IMG/VR virus record: IMGVR_UViG_3300009705_003007
Coordinates: 1-64,000 of that record
Length of the DNA: 64,000 nt
Reading direction: 5' to 3' (one strand)
Source of the DNA: a virus
Each line of letters opens with the position of its first letter. Position 1 is the first letter of the stretch. Shown here piece after piece: positions 10,001-20,206 of the stretch. The position numbers were made by a program, and so were the translations under genes. Below the pieces are notes generated by a model, which saw nothing but the letters and a program-made list of their open reading frames with translations, made no database searches and was not told the origin of the DNA.

Positions 10001-13000
10001 AATAAAATGGGAGCTTAGACTGAAAGAGAAGACGGCGGTTGGAAAGACTGCTAGAGCAGCGGAGGGAGCAGCAAAGACGGAAGCGACCAAGTTTGCTCAA
10101 CATGGAACTGCGATGAGGACGGAGAAGGCTCGTCTAACGGAAGTCAGGGCAAAACAGATGAGGGGACAGAGCGGTCTCGGCTGGAACAATCCTCGAACCC
10201 CGGGAAGCTCACCGAGAATTGATCCGAGATTTGGCCAAGAGTCAACCCGCTCGATTAAATCTTCAAAAGTAGCAGGCAAAGAATCGATAATGCAAGGGAA
10301 GAAGGCACTAGAAGCTGAAAAGTCAGCAGCTAGCCTAGCTAAAAACCTCACAAAGGCCGACACAGCAATACTAGCTCAAGAAAAAGCTCTTCAAAAGAGC
10401 GCAAGAACAATATCAACGGCGGGTAAAAAAATGTCCGTTATGACAAAAATGGGGAAAGCCGCAAAGACTGCCGCCACCGCCCTAAAAGCCTTTACCGTAG
10501 TTGCTCTTGTAGCAGAAATTGCCGTTGACCAATGGGGAAAAGCAATAGCGGAAGGTGCGAAAAAGCAATTAACAAAAGATGCAAAATTTGAAGGTCTTGC
10601 AGACAAAGGTCTTACAGACGAAGAAGCGGCCAAAGCTAAATCAGGTATTAAGACAGGTCGAACTATAAGCGGGGCTGCTACAGGCGCTGGTATTGGAGCA
10701 GCAATCGGAAGCATAATCATGCCCGGAGTTGGTACTGCTGTTGGTGCTATTATTGGTGGAATGGCCGGAGCTTGGGTGTCGTGGATACGAGCGGAGGAAG
10801 AAGCAGAAAAAGCAATTCAAACAGCTAGATTTACACACGCTTCAGACAAAATGACCGAAGCGATGGAGCAGTATGCTAACAAACAAATCGGCGCGTCAGA
10901 AACAATGGATCATGTGATGGATGCGCATCGAAAAATGGTAGAAAACTCTGGTGGGGTTGGTCTAACAGAAGGTATCAATGAAGCAGCAAAAGCAGAAAAA
11001 AACATGCATGCCTTAGTTAAGAATCTGGCAAATGAATCAAATAGCGTTGAACAATTTGACGCTAAGGTAGCCAATACCACTGGGGTACAACAAGGTCTAA
11101 CAGATAAGGTTATAGATAAAGAATACCTAGAAACCGTTAGAGATGAAATTGAAGCAAGAATAGAATCACAGGAAAGACTGCAAGAGTATGTTGATGAGCA
11201 AAACAAGGCAATAAGAGAGCTAGCGAGCTTACGTCAGGTAGGAAAAATATTTGATGAAGTTGGAAATAGAGTTAAAAGATTTGGAGATATAGTTAGCGCT
11301 ATTGCTGATCCAACTGGAGGAATATCTATTGGTGGTGGAATGGAAGAGAAGTTAGCTTTAAGCGGAGCGAGAGATCCAGCGTCCATCAAAAGATTTGAAG
11401 ATGCCGTTGATAGAATGGGTAACGTAGCAGGAGAGGCCGGAGAAACTGGTTTAGGACAAGGAGGAATGAAAGGCAGGGTTAAGGATGCGGCGTTTATGGA
11501 AAGAAACATAGGTGACGCTTTACAGATAGCGTCAGGCTCAAATGCAATAGGGGATGACTTTAGGGGAGAAATTCAAGATCAATTAGAGGCTGCCGCAGAT
11601 CTTGAAGGGTATACCATAAGTGAAGACATGCAAAAGCATTTCGACTCCGTTCTTATGAATATGGACGTGATAGACCTTAAAGATGCAAGCAAGATGGACG
11701 AAAATATCGGTAAGTTTACGGAAGCTCATTCGGAATTTGTTGAAACATACCGCAAGGCCGCCAAAATTATGGACGACCACAACAAAAGGTTGCTTGGTAT
11801 GTATGCGGCCAAAAATAAAGTAGAGTCGCAACAACTTGCAAAAAGACAAGAAATTATAACTGCTCAATATAACGCGGAACAAAACTACCTAAAACAGACA
11901 CAGTCGCCGGGTGTTGATTTTATGACAGATCAGGGAGCAGTAGACGCTCAGTTTAACAGGCGTCAAATGGCTGATCTAGCAGGGGTTGGAGATCTTGGGG
12001 GTGGAAAAAAGGGAACCGATCTAGCTGGCGATGTCGGTGGTATTGGTAAAGCCTATAGACAAGTAAGCAAGCAGTTGATTCAAAGTAATAGGGAAATACA
12101 AGAGCAGGGTCTTAAAGGTGTTAAACCCGGCGGAGCGAATAGTTCTTTAGTTAAAGACGCAGACGCACAGATAAAAGCAAACGCAAAACTTAGAAAACAA
12201 TATGAATTACTTGGTGGTGTTTTAGATAAATATAAGAACACACAAGAAAGACTCATTGCTATTAATGAAAAAATGGCACAAGAGCAAAAACTTCAAGAGA
12301 CTCTTCAAGATCTAGCTTTCAATCTTACTTATGGAACCGCTGAAGAAAAAGAAGACTCTGCATATCTAGTGAATCAAATTGAAAAAGCTAGATCGGCTGG
12401 TAGAGTAAGAGGCGTTGTTGATCCTGAAATGGAAAGAACTGTTGCTAAGTTCCTTAAAACTTCTGGTATGGAAGGTGGTCAAGAAGCAATTAGTAATGAG
12501 ATTTCTGCCACTCTTCACGAAGCTGGCGCTGCTTTTACAAGCGCTGTCGGTAATGCTTTTGCTGGAATCACGGCACCTTCAGAAAAAATGTTAGAGCTAG
12601 CAAAACAAAAACTCGAAATTGAAAAACAAGCAATTCAGGCAATGTCGTCTCAAGAGGGAGAGATAGGAGATAGGGGAGATAGTATAAAAAGCGCAATCAT
12701 TGAAGCTAATGATAAGTTCATTGAAGACCTTAGAAGCTTGCTGATGGGTGAGAAAACTAGGGAAATGGACATTAAGAGTAAGGGGATGGAAGAAGACCTA
12801 AAATCAAACTCTGAGCTATTGTCCTACCTTGAAAAAATTGGCATTGATTCTGACGACCCGTTAGCGAAATCACAAATCGAGGCCTTAAAAAGCTACAACG
12901 CTAAGATGGACGAGGCGAATCGACTTAATGAGGCGGCTGGGGGAGGGGCGACTGAACTCGACGTGGGAAAATTCTCGGGGAAAACTGTAGACTTTTCCAA

Positions 13001-15188
13001 CGCACTCGATGAGATTCATAACGCTCAAGGTTCTATACTAGGTGCCGTGAATTATGAAGCAGAACACGGCACAGACGCACTTAACCAAATGTCGCCTTTG
13101 CAGTCGAGGGTGCAAGGGGCAATCGATCAAACCGCGTGGACTGCCAAAAACCTTAAACTAGCTAGTGCCGGAGGGCCGACAGCTTTTGGCAACCAAGATT
13201 TAAAAACCTCGATGGATCTTGTACCCTTAATTAAGGTAATAAATAATCTTGGAAAAGACGAAAAGATTACGCAGCAGCATCTAAATAAAGTAAGCCTTAT
13301 GCTTGGTGAGGGTTTATTAGGAGGGAATGCTAAGTTAAAAGATATGTCAATGGCACAAAATAGAGCATGGTATGGGGCGGACGGTGCCGATAGCATGCAA
13401 GCCGGAAGAGGTGGGGCTATACAAAACATTCAAAAGCAATATGGTGGCCTGTTTAAAAACAAAGACGGAGAAAGCACTTTCTACAAAGAAATGAATGCTA
13501 TTATTAAAGGATTAGGCGACGACGCTACAACAGATCAGTTATTTGCTGCGATCATGAAGGATGTAACAGAGAAGCAAGGCGAATGGCTAAAACTGAAGAA
13601 AGAAGCTGAGCAAACACTCGAAAAATCTGGTCTTACAAATGAACAAGCAGAGTTATACGCAAATTTTCCACCCCATATACAAAAACTATTAGAGAACAGT
13701 GATTTAAACGCATTGCAAGCTGAACAAATTCGGTTAATAACAGAAACAAATGATATCCTCCGAGAGAAAGCGAGCTTGGAAGGAAAAGAAGTAGACACAC
13801 AATTAACTGAAGCAAGCGTAAAAGAATCTGCCGAAAAAAGAATGGCAGGCACCGCAAAAGAACAAGTACTACAAGACAAAATTGATGAAAGCAAGGATGC
13901 GAATAAGGCGTCAAAAAGAAAGACTTCAGAAATCGCAAATGCTTATACTGGCAGTATACGCAAAGGAGAAAATTATCAAGCACGTCAAAGAGGGAAGGAG
14001 ATGTTTAGCACGGACGACCAAGAGGTCGCAACAGGCGAATTTCACACGGACATAAGCACCGAGGTTGATAAACAGAAGAAGCTGCTAGCGGAGTGGAGGT
14101 CTTTGCGAAAGGATATAACAGAATTGGGGCTGTTGGGCCTCTCAGATGATGCCCAACAGCAGTCACTGCCTCAGTCACTGCCTCGAATGAAGTTTGAGGA
14201 TAAATTTAAGGGAGCGACCGATAAATCGAAAGAAACACTCAAACAGGCTGGAGTGATTGATAACGAGGGGATGACGTGGGATACGGCAAAACTGACGAAA
14301 CAAATAGTCGCAATGAGGCAGTCTTTTGAGAAACAAGACACAGAGAATATAGGTAAACAAGAAAAAGATTTAGAAGATCTAAAAAACAGCAACAGGAAGA
14401 TGTACACTTTGTTTTCTACTAATTCTACGGCTTATGTACACGACACACACGTAGAAAAAATCCTTATTGCTATGCTAGCTGTTATGAGTGGTGGAGACAA
14501 AGAACAAGGAGTTATTGCTCCACTTCTTGAACGCGCTGGAGCATTTCAAGAAAAAATGAATGGAGGCGGCGGAGGCATTCTTCAACAAGGAATAGCCGCT
14601 GTTAAAGACTCTATGGGTTCTACGGGAGGGCTTATGGGTATGATGGGTGAGAAGATCGCAACCTCTGTAGCCGGATGGACTAAACCGACCGCAGCAGAAT
14701 TGGAGGGAGGCTCGCTCGGTGCGTCAGGTGATAGGTCGGGCGAAGAAACAGAAGTCGCAAAACAAACACCGTTACTATCATTGATAGCAGATGGCATTTC
14801 TACACTAACAGGAGGTTTAACTTCCACAGGAGAAAAAGCTGCTACTGGAGAAGAAGGTACAGAAGGCGGGTTATTTGGAGGGTTTGATTCTAAAGCTTTT
14901 GGCGAAAGCATAACTATGTTTTCTCTAAGTGCAAACTCACTTGCAGAAGCGCTAAATAGTCCACTTAAGATAGAAGTGGGCGGCAAGGTTAACATGACCG
15001 TTAAAATAGAAGGCGATGAAGCGTTTGCTAAACTTTCCGGTGAATTCGAAAAACTGGCTGTAGAAAAAATAAATATGGGTATCAAGAACTTCGTCAAGAA
15101 TATGCAACGAGGAGATCTTACAGATGCTAATTGGGCTGGTGGAGACAATCAACCCACAATGGGAGGCGGTGCGGGTAATACTGCTTAA
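7029..15188 (+). CDS. Tail tape measure protein (2719 aa)
   Basis: N-terminal tape-measure core (AIKFEREMIKIAQVSG...ETIATGFRTIFTR), two VP(A/S)(M/L)LxPGEFV repeats, a glycine-zipper hydrophobic segment (GAATGAGIGAAIGSIIMPGVGTAVGAIIGG), long helical stretches, and gene position. Confidence 0.92.
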   Translation: MAEKFVLTAQLNLQAPTNVKQVLSSMKNDLKSVSVDIDVKKGAQAVKKLNQVAKATKEVESSAKKASTGADQMGRAFGGALKNVLKYDLARRVFSAFTNTIEQGLQDAIKFEREMIKIAQVSGATAKELKGLERTVTKLSTSLGVSSSSLVRVGLILKQTGLGIRDTATAMEALAKTELAPTFDNITNTAETAIAAMRQFKIEASGLEALLSKINTVAANFAVEASDIGVAVKRAGGAFNAAGGQVEELIALFTSVRSTTRETAETIATGFRTIFTRMQRPTTIKFLRQFGVELTDLQGKFVGPFEAVKRLSSALQGLESTDLRFSAIVEQLGGFRQVSKVIPLIKEFSTAQSAMNAQLDGAGSLAKDAEMAQASLAIQLIKLSENVKELFREIAGSTAFKEMAKFALMAANAAVTLGKAIAPIIPLITAMMAFKAVKWGGGKMFGGGGIKNAMFGGGSGGGSGGGMGMGFSGGGRVRRFSGGGWVPGSGNGDTVPAMLQPGEFVLRKSAAQAYGSQLNGMNGYAKGGKTVSVKGQTLRGFSKVGAMVNEPGKRRWTHRTTKPDGSQNPWGKSAPSDQFNPGDRFSVQNEHMKIPMGQNNLQSHLNDTERSALMTFKGISAGKAWEKVLKKSNTLKKSGGSSPALDGTIGGTLGDAAISSSAHSPASIAGKYFRHMALGKNKAGFLGGFATTHKSDKLDMPGSVTEFLPQKQQIKAALTQIKSKNKTNKLVLKKSKGKLANIGRSEKFASGGEVPSLLTPGEFVVNKQSAQSFGYGNLRKMNKYAGGGTVRRYASGTGGTGVTSGGSMGMGGGMMMPMMMSNMMDSTGKATKGIYGMGEGAMGAYFKMNMFSAALDMGMDAMGQEEGATREFTDVLMKAATVLGTIKGATGAGGGAGMLSKAADVGMAASMFQGGGIKGAATRMGGKALAGGAQGIKGVATKGLFWKQVAKREDVATKAAKRVLALEKSKIAAIKTQGKAQKELTKLTQKKIKWELRLKEKTAVGKTARAAEGAAKTEATKFAQHGTAMRTEKARLTEVRAKQMRGQSGLGWNNPRTPGSSPRIDPRFGQESTRSIKSSKVAGKESIMQGKKALEAEKSAASLAKNLTKADTAILAQEKALQKSARTISTAGKKMSVMTKMGKAAKTAATALKAFTVVALVAEIAVDQWGKAIAEGAKKQLTKDAKFEGLADKGLTDEEAAKAKSGIKTGRTISGAATGAGIGAAIGSIIMPGVGTAVGAIIGGMAGAWVSWIRAEEEAEKAIQTARFTHASDKMTEAMEQYANKQIGASETMDHVMDAHRKMVENSGGVGLTEGINEAAKAEKNMHALVKNLANESNSVEQFDAKVANTTGVQQGLTDKVIDKEYLETVRDEIEARIESQERLQEYVDEQNKAIRELASLRQVGKIFDEVGNRVKRFGDIVSAIADPTGGISIGGGMEEKLALSGARDPASIKRFEDAVDRMGNVAGEAGETGLGQGGMKGRVKDAAFMERNIGDALQIASGSNAIGDDFRGEIQDQLEAAADLEGYTISEDMQKHFDSVLMNMDVIDLKDASKMDENIGKFTEAHSEFVETYRKAAKIMDDHNKRLLGMYAAKNKVESQQLAKRQEIITAQYNAEQNYLKQTQSPGVDFMTDQGAVDAQFNRRQMADLAGVGDLGGGKKGTDLAGDVGGIGKAYRQVSKQLIQSNREIQEQGLKGVKPGGANSSLVKDADAQIKANAKLRKQYELLGGVLDKYKNTQERLIAINEKMAQEQKLQETLQDLAFNLTYGTAEEKEDSAYLVNQIEKARSAGRVRGVVDPEMERTVAKFLKTSGMEGGQEAISNEISATLHEAGAAFTSAVGNAFAGITAPSEKMLELAKQKLEIEKQAIQAMSSQEGEIGDRGDSIKSAIIEANDKFIEDLRSLLMGEKTREMDIKSKGMEEDLKSNSELLSYLEKIGIDSDDPLAKSQIEALKSYNAKMDEANRLNEAAGGGATELDVGKFSGKTVDFSNALDEIHNAQGSILGAVNYEAEHGTDALNQMSPLQSRVQGAIDQTAWTAKNLKLASAGGPTAFGNQDLKTSMDLVPLIKVINNLGKDEKITQQHLNKVSLMLGEGLLGGNAKLKDMSMAQNRAWYGADGADSMQAGRGGAIQNIQKQYGGLFKNKDGESTFYKEMNAIIKGLGDDATTDQLFAAIMKDVTEKQGEWLKLKKEAEQTLEKSGLTNEQAELYANFPPHIQKLLENSDLNALQAEQIRLITETNDILREKASLEGKEVDTQLTEASVKESAEKRMAGTAKEQVLQDKIDESKDANKASKRKTSEIANAYTGSIRKGENYQARQRGKEMFSTDDQEVATGEFHTDISTEVDKQKKLLAEWRSLRKDITELGLLGLSDDAQQQSLPQSLPRMKFEDKFKGATDKSKETLKQAGVIDNEGMTWDTAKLTKQIVAMRQSFEKQDTENIGKQEKDLEDLKNSNRKMYTLFSTNSTAYVHDTHVEKILIAMLAVMSGGDKEQGVIAPLLERAGAFQEKMNGGGGGILQQGIAAVKDSMGSTGGLMGMMGEKIATSVAGWTKPTAAELEGGSLGASGDRSGEETEVAKQTPLLSLIADGISTLTGGLTSTGEKAATGEEGTEGGLFGGFDSKAFGESITMFSLSANSLAEALNSPLKIEVGGKVNMTVKIEGDEAFAKLSGEFEKLAVEKINMGIKNFVKNMQRGDLTDANWAGGDNQPTMGGGAGNTA
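14160..14183 (+). repeat. Perfect 12-bp tandem duplication CAGTCACTGCCT x2 (QSLP QSLP) in the tape measure gene
   Basis: Read directly from the sequence. Confidence 0.85.
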
Positions 15189-15197
15189 GGATTAAAA

Positions 15198-17837
15198 ATG
15201 GCAACACATCAGGGATACACAAGTTTAACAGCGACGGCCTCATGGCTTGGATCAGGCGCAATGGAAGTTTCGCCCCCTGCTGCTTTAGGTTCCTTAGCCC
15301 ACACGATAGGAACTCTACACAAACCGGGCGAAACCAATTCTATTGGTCTTGTCATGATGGGTGCTGTAGAATTCGTTGCGTCTAGAGATGTTATGCCGAG
15401 CGGCACCAATCGAGAATATGGGTACTGGCGAGGGCAATATAACAGAACCTTTATAGACAATTTTGACAAAGCTTGGATGCCGTTAGAAGGTAGCGGTATA
15501 AGCGGAGGTTATCCTTCAGTCACAGTAACCACAAACACTTCCGCTCAGGGTGTAGAAGACGGTGGCTATGCAGCCAACTGTAGCGATAATGATTGTGTCT
15601 GGCAATGGGACGGAGCTGCATGGGGCTTATATGCTGACATGTGTATTTCAGGATGTGGGTGTGACGATCCCCCTAGCGGAACTGGCACGATGGGAGAAAT
15701 TCAGTCTAAACCTTGCATAGGAGGAGGAGGAAGCGCATCATCTTCTAGTTCTCAAGGAGTGGGAGACAACGTAGGTTTTGCAAGGTGGGAAAAAGCCGGA
15801 TCGCTAATAAACCAAGTAGGAAGAGAAGCCATACAGCAAAGAAGCTTATTCCTGTCTGACCGATCCTTTGTCAATGCCGGAAGTGGTGTTGATTTATCTG
15901 ACAGTACAGGATATTCAATATACGCTAAGGTTCTACCTAGTGGTAACGTTACCGGAACAGTAATAATTGGTCAACATAAAGAAAATCCAGCACAATTTGT
16001 TCTTGGGTGTGATTACGACGGATCGTATTATATTAGATCAGACCATGATGTTTCTGGGGTAAACACTCCTGTATACGCAAAGACAACAAAAAGTTTTGAG
16101 GATTACCCATACCCAGCTCACGTAATTGGAGTGTACGCCTCTGGAGATGCAAAACTTAAAATATATGTTAATGGAAACCAAGAAGGAGAATCGGTTCCAT
16201 TTATTAGGAATAAACAAAGAGCCGCAAACACAAATGTAACTATAGGCAAAAGAGAATTTGCTATTGCAGAAAGAGGGTTTACCGGATGGATTGACGAAGC
16301 GGGAGTTTCTTCAAAAAGTCTAGACAAACCAGATATCAAAGCTTTCCACGACGGAACCTTTAATATAACAGACCTTATTTTTAATGCAAAAGTTACCCCA
16401 ACCGGCGACAGTGGCTTGTCTGGAACTTCTTTTGGTGACACCGGCATAGACGCTCTAAATAATAACTATGTGGAATTTGTTGTAGATTCCGGAGTGGTTG
16501 GAAGATTAAATCCTGATGGAACAAAGGGTGGAGCATTTGATACAGAACTGTGGGGTCAAGCTGACCATGCAATATCTTCTGTCTTAACTTTTGATTTAAC
16601 AGAAATGCCCACGAGATTTCACCAGTTAACAGGCATGTCTGTTGATTTATGGGTAGAGCATTCAACTAATCACCCAAGTGGTGCAGACCTTTCAGTAAGA
16701 GTCGCCCATAAAGATAAAACAATAACCGGCAAAAATCTCCATTGGTATCCTTCTGGTGTATCTGTTCCGTCTGGTTCTAAAAGACTTGTATCAATTACAC
16801 ATCCGTTAGAACATGAGGCTTATTACAGAGATGGAGAACCATCTTTTCGAAATGATTTTGATGATCATCAATTAGAACTTATTGTTAAATATCCAAAATC
16901 TACTTTGCCGTATGATGCCGAATTTAAGATTTATTCAAGTAAGCTAAGTTTTAGCGGCTTTGATACTTTGGCTAAATACAACACCATGACCGGGTTAACG
17001 GAAGCTTCAATAATAAAAGGTCATTCGATAACAGACATTGATGGAAACGTGGTTTCTCAAGTTACTGGCGACAGAAGCTTGACAATGTATTCTTTTGGTG
17101 ATTCACCAACCTTATCAAGCGGCATAATGAATATGTTTGTTGGTGTTGGAACTGTTGACCAAGCCCTTAATCTTACATTAAACCATGATCCTCAGACAGA
17201 CATGGGGGATACAGCTAGTGGATACTTGTTCGCTAATGGGGCTGTAGCAATGAGCGGTCAGCGAATGAATCTTTATACAACCGCTGGTGTGTTTAGTTCT
17301 ACAATGCCTTTATTTGTAAAACAAAGAAGCTTTAAGCGGTTCACTTCACCATCGCTTCGTTTAGAGATTGAGGGTACAGAATTATCATTCCCAAGGTCGC
17401 AGAAGAAGATACCATTATATTTATTGGGTAGTCCGGGTTTTGGTGTTCCTTCAGGGGATATGGTATTGGTTATGCCTAACACACACGCACCATTGCAATT
17501 TGCAAATAGGCTTTTGTATATTGGCGGTAAACAACCTCTTGGTGATATACCTTTATATTTGGAAGTTGCTGAACCTAAAATTAATACAACAAGATTATTT
17601 ACAAGAGGGCCGTTAGCTTATACCCCAAGTGGAATAATGGGTATGTTTGTGAAGCAAAAAGACTTTTATGGCGTATCATATATAAAGGCTCTACCAACTA
17701 TCGTTGGCACAGGCAATATGCCATTGTTTATGAAGGGGCTTGCTGCTCCAACTGGAGCAATGAACTTTGCGATGCCGAATGTTATAGGATCTGGAACTAA
17801 AACATTTAATTTATCAACGAGAGGCTTTGAAGTATAA
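15198..17837 (+). CDS. Tail protein with LamG/concanavalin-A-like domain, a Cys-rich insert and C-terminal beta repeats
   Basis: LamG signature HVIGVY...KIYVNG...VTIG...FTGWIDE; six-Cys insert CSDNDCVWQWDG...CISGCGC...KPC; repeated [ST]GxMx[LFM] units at the C-terminus. Confidence 0.7.
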   Translation: MATHQGYTSLTATASWLGSGAMEVSPPAALGSLAHTIGTLHKPGETNSIGLVMMGAVEFVASRDVMPSGTNREYGYWRGQYNRTFIDNFDKAWMPLEGSGISGGYPSVTVTTNTSAQGVEDGGYAANCSDNDCVWQWDGAAWGLYADMCISGCGCDDPPSGTGTMGEIQSKPCIGGGGSASSSSSQGVGDNVGFARWEKAGSLINQVGREAIQQRSLFLSDRSFVNAGSGVDLSDSTGYSIYAKVLPSGNVTGTVIIGQHKENPAQFVLGCDYDGSYYIRSDHDVSGVNTPVYAKTTKSFEDYPYPAHVIGVYASGDAKLKIYVNGNQEGESVPFIRNKQRAANTNVTIGKREFAIAERGFTGWIDEAGVSSKSLDKPDIKAFHDGTFNITDLIFNAKVTPTGDSGLSGTSFGDTGIDALNNNYVEFVVDSGVVGRLNPDGTKGGAFDTELWGQADHAISSVLTFDLTEMPTRFHQLTGMSVDLWVEHSTNHPSGADLSVRVAHKDKTITGKNLHWYPSGVSVPSGSKRLVSITHPLEHEAYYRDGEPSFRNDFDDHQLELIVKYPKSTLPYDAEFKIYSSKLSFSGFDTLAKYNTMTGLTEASIIKGHSITDIDGNVVSQVTGDRSLTMYSFGDSPTLSSGIMNMFVGVGTVDQALNLTLNHDPQTDMGDTASGYLFANGAVAMSGQRMNLYTTAGVFSSTMPLFVKQRSFKRFTSPSLRLEIEGTELSFPRSQKKIPLYLLGSPGFGVPSGDMVLVMPNTHAPLQFANRLLYIGGKQPLGDIPLYLEVAEPKINTTRLFTRGPLAYTPSGIMGMFVKQKDFYGVSYIKALPTIVGTGNMPLFMKGLAAPTGAMNFAMPNVIGSGTKTFNLSTRGFEV

Positions 17838-20206
17838 TGCCAGTATATCTAAGCGGAAAAGTAGCAGGCGAAAGAAACCATTTGATTCCAGCCCCATTCG
17901 TAAGTATTTCAAAAAATTACGATAAGGACGGAACTGGTGAAATACTTGGAGTTTCATATAGTATACAGCTTACCGGCACGTTGGTTGCCGATAGGGGTTC
18001 TCCTAAAGCTAACGGTGGGCTTATTCAGGGTGCTGGTGTTGATGTTTATTATGCCTTTACTGGGGATGATTTCCATCAGGCTTTATTAAACAAGGGCAAA
18101 GCCCTAATGAACATGTTTAGTAAACAATACGATGGTCAGGTTCTGACAATTGATTCTCCTATGTTTGGGAATCCTCAAGGTATATCTTGCTATATAACTG
18201 TAGAGAGTGTTGATTTGCCGGGACACAACCCCGGAGACCCGTACAAAATGCCGTATACAGTTAATCTTTCAACAAACGCCCTACTTGGCCCTAATAATGT
18301 TCCACTTGATGCTGACGACTATGAGCGGGTTGATAATTGGACGATCAAGTCTGCTACTGAGACATGGAATATAGAAGAGGTTGATAAACAAATCTATACT
18401 AGACATTCTATAGATGGTGGAGAAGCAGTAAATGATGCAGGAATTGTAAAAGGCCCGGGGAATAAAGGTGAATTAGTAAATAGCAGAAAACTATTTCAAA
18501 TAACAAGAAGCATGTCAGCTACCGGAAAAAACAAATTTCAAAGAACTGGAAAAAGTGAAGGAGTTAGCGCTAACGATAACTGGAGTACAGTCTATGCTCC
18601 AAATGGTAGAGCTTGGCAACAAGCCAGAGGGTATCTATATGACAAAATAGAATATGGTAACAAATACCTATTTGGAAAAGATGATAACGAATTTGTCGGC
18701 GCTGTGCCAGATGCTGGCTTGCCAGCACCGGGAGAGGTCGATGCTGATGATATTCATTTGTTCTCAATGAATATGCCCGTTCCAAATAATGAAGCAGACG
18801 CTAACAAGCAATACAAAGCTTTTAATTATAAAAGATTATCAAACGTAGATATAAATGCTGGTAGTTTTAATGTAACGGAAACTTGGTATTTAGCTCCATC
18901 TTCCGCCAAAGCTATGGAAACCATGGACTTTAGCATCAACGAAGAGTCAGAGGGGGATGGTAGTGTAACCATTAGTGTAAACGGCACCATAGAAGGATTG
19001 GGTGACAACGCTGATAATCTAGGTGTAGGCAACGCCAACAATGATGATAGGGATGTACGGAGAAATGCCGCTCGTGGAGATAGGGTATTTGATTACGAAG
19101 GAAACGGCCTTGGCGTGTTCGGCGTTAGTAATAGTAAGTGGCAAAATGCAGTTGAGCATTATGAAAAAGTAATGCCAACTTTGTTTAAGACCGTTACCGA
19201 AATGTTAAATGACCTTCCAGAATACACTACTTTTAAGGTCAATCCAGTTCCAGAGTCAAAAAGTGTCACTGAACAACCCGGAACTGGAACCATTACGTAT
19301 AACATATCCTTTACAACTAAGGATGGAGCTAATGGTAAGTATATACCTTATTGTCGAACTGAAGACTGGACTGTAAACGACACTTATCCCGGTATGGTTA
19401 TAGCTCAACACACTGTTCTAGGTAGAAGAGTTGGCCCCGTATTACAATCTATTAATACACAAACGCAATGGCAGAGAGATTTTTCTATCACCGCTAACTT
19501 TGATGTTAATAGAGCGCAGCTATGTGTAGATGCTTCTAATCAAATAAGAGATGTTGGGAATCAAGCAACATGTGAAGCAACGTTGGATAGTTTTGGACTG
19601 CTTATGAAATGGATACAAAATCCCAATTATGTAAACACCAGAACGTCTTTGACGATTGATGATTATTCAATAGATTTTATTAGCGCAAAACCGGGGGCTG
19701 CTAGAATAGGAACTAATTTGGGTGTTTGTACTCCTGAAACTGATCCAGTCACCGCTGCAACTATAACATCGCAAGCTGAATGTCAAGCATTGACTCCTGC
19801 GGGAAGTTGGAATCCAAATGGTAACCCAGTTGGAGCCGCCACGGGGACGGGACTTATACAAGCGCAAGCAATTAAGAAACTAATTGATTCGTTTGATCCA
19901 AAAACTTATCTCATAACTGGGGCAAACAACCCAAAAAGAGTACATAAAAGGTTTGTAAATCCACCGCAAGAAAGCTGGAATCCAAAAACTGGAGACTGGA
20001 GCTTTAGCGTAAGTTGGATTTACGAAATAAACGACCCTTACGCGTTTCCATCCGGCGATTATGTATTCGCTGATGTTGATGGAACTTATGGAACATGTAG
20101 TGATGCATCTATTGCAACCAAGGCGGAGTGTGTAGCAGCAGGTGGATCTTGGGAAAGCAAGCAAGATGACGGACAAGGCGAACCATATCCGGGGCAGGAA
20201 TTCTAA
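17837..20206 (+). CDS. Putative distal tail/baseplate protein with Cys-Trp module inserts
   Basis: Beta-rich (IPAPFVSISKNY, SATETWNIEE, WSFSVSWIYE); second gene after the tape measure; three C..C..W modules near the C-terminus. Confidence 0.5.
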   Translation: MPVYLSGKVAGERNHLIPAPFVSISKNYDKDGTGEILGVSYSIQLTGTLVADRGSPKANGGLIQGAGVDVYYAFTGDDFHQALLNKGKALMNMFSKQYDGQVLTIDSPMFGNPQGISCYITVESVDLPGHNPGDPYKMPYTVNLSTNALLGPNNVPLDADDYERVDNWTIKSATETWNIEEVDKQIYTRHSIDGGEAVNDAGIVKGPGNKGELVNSRKLFQITRSMSATGKNKFQRTGKSEGVSANDNWSTVYAPNGRAWQQARGYLYDKIEYGNKYLFGKDDNEFVGAVPDAGLPAPGEVDADDIHLFSMNMPVPNNEADANKQYKAFNYKRLSNVDINAGSFNVTETWYLAPSSAKAMETMDFSINEESEGDGSVTISVNGTIEGLGDNADNLGVGNANNDDRDVRRNAARGDRVFDYEGNGLGVFGVSNSKWQNAVEHYEKVMPTLFKTVTEMLNDLPEYTTFKVNPVPESKSVTEQPGTGTITYNISFTTKDGANGKYIPYCRTEDWTVNDTYPGMVIAQHTVLGRRVGPVLQSINTQTQWQRDFSITANFDVNRAQLCVDASNQIRDVGNQATCEATLDSFGLLMKWIQNPNYVNTRTSLTIDDYSIDFISAKPGAARIGTNLGVCTPETDPVTAATITSQAECQALTPAGSWNPNGNPVGAATGTGLIQAQAIKKLIDSFDPKTYLITGANNPKRVHKRFVNPPQESWNPKTGDWSFSVSWIYEINDPYAFPSGDYVFADVDGTYGTCSDASIATKAECVAAGGSWESKQDDGQGEPYPGQEF

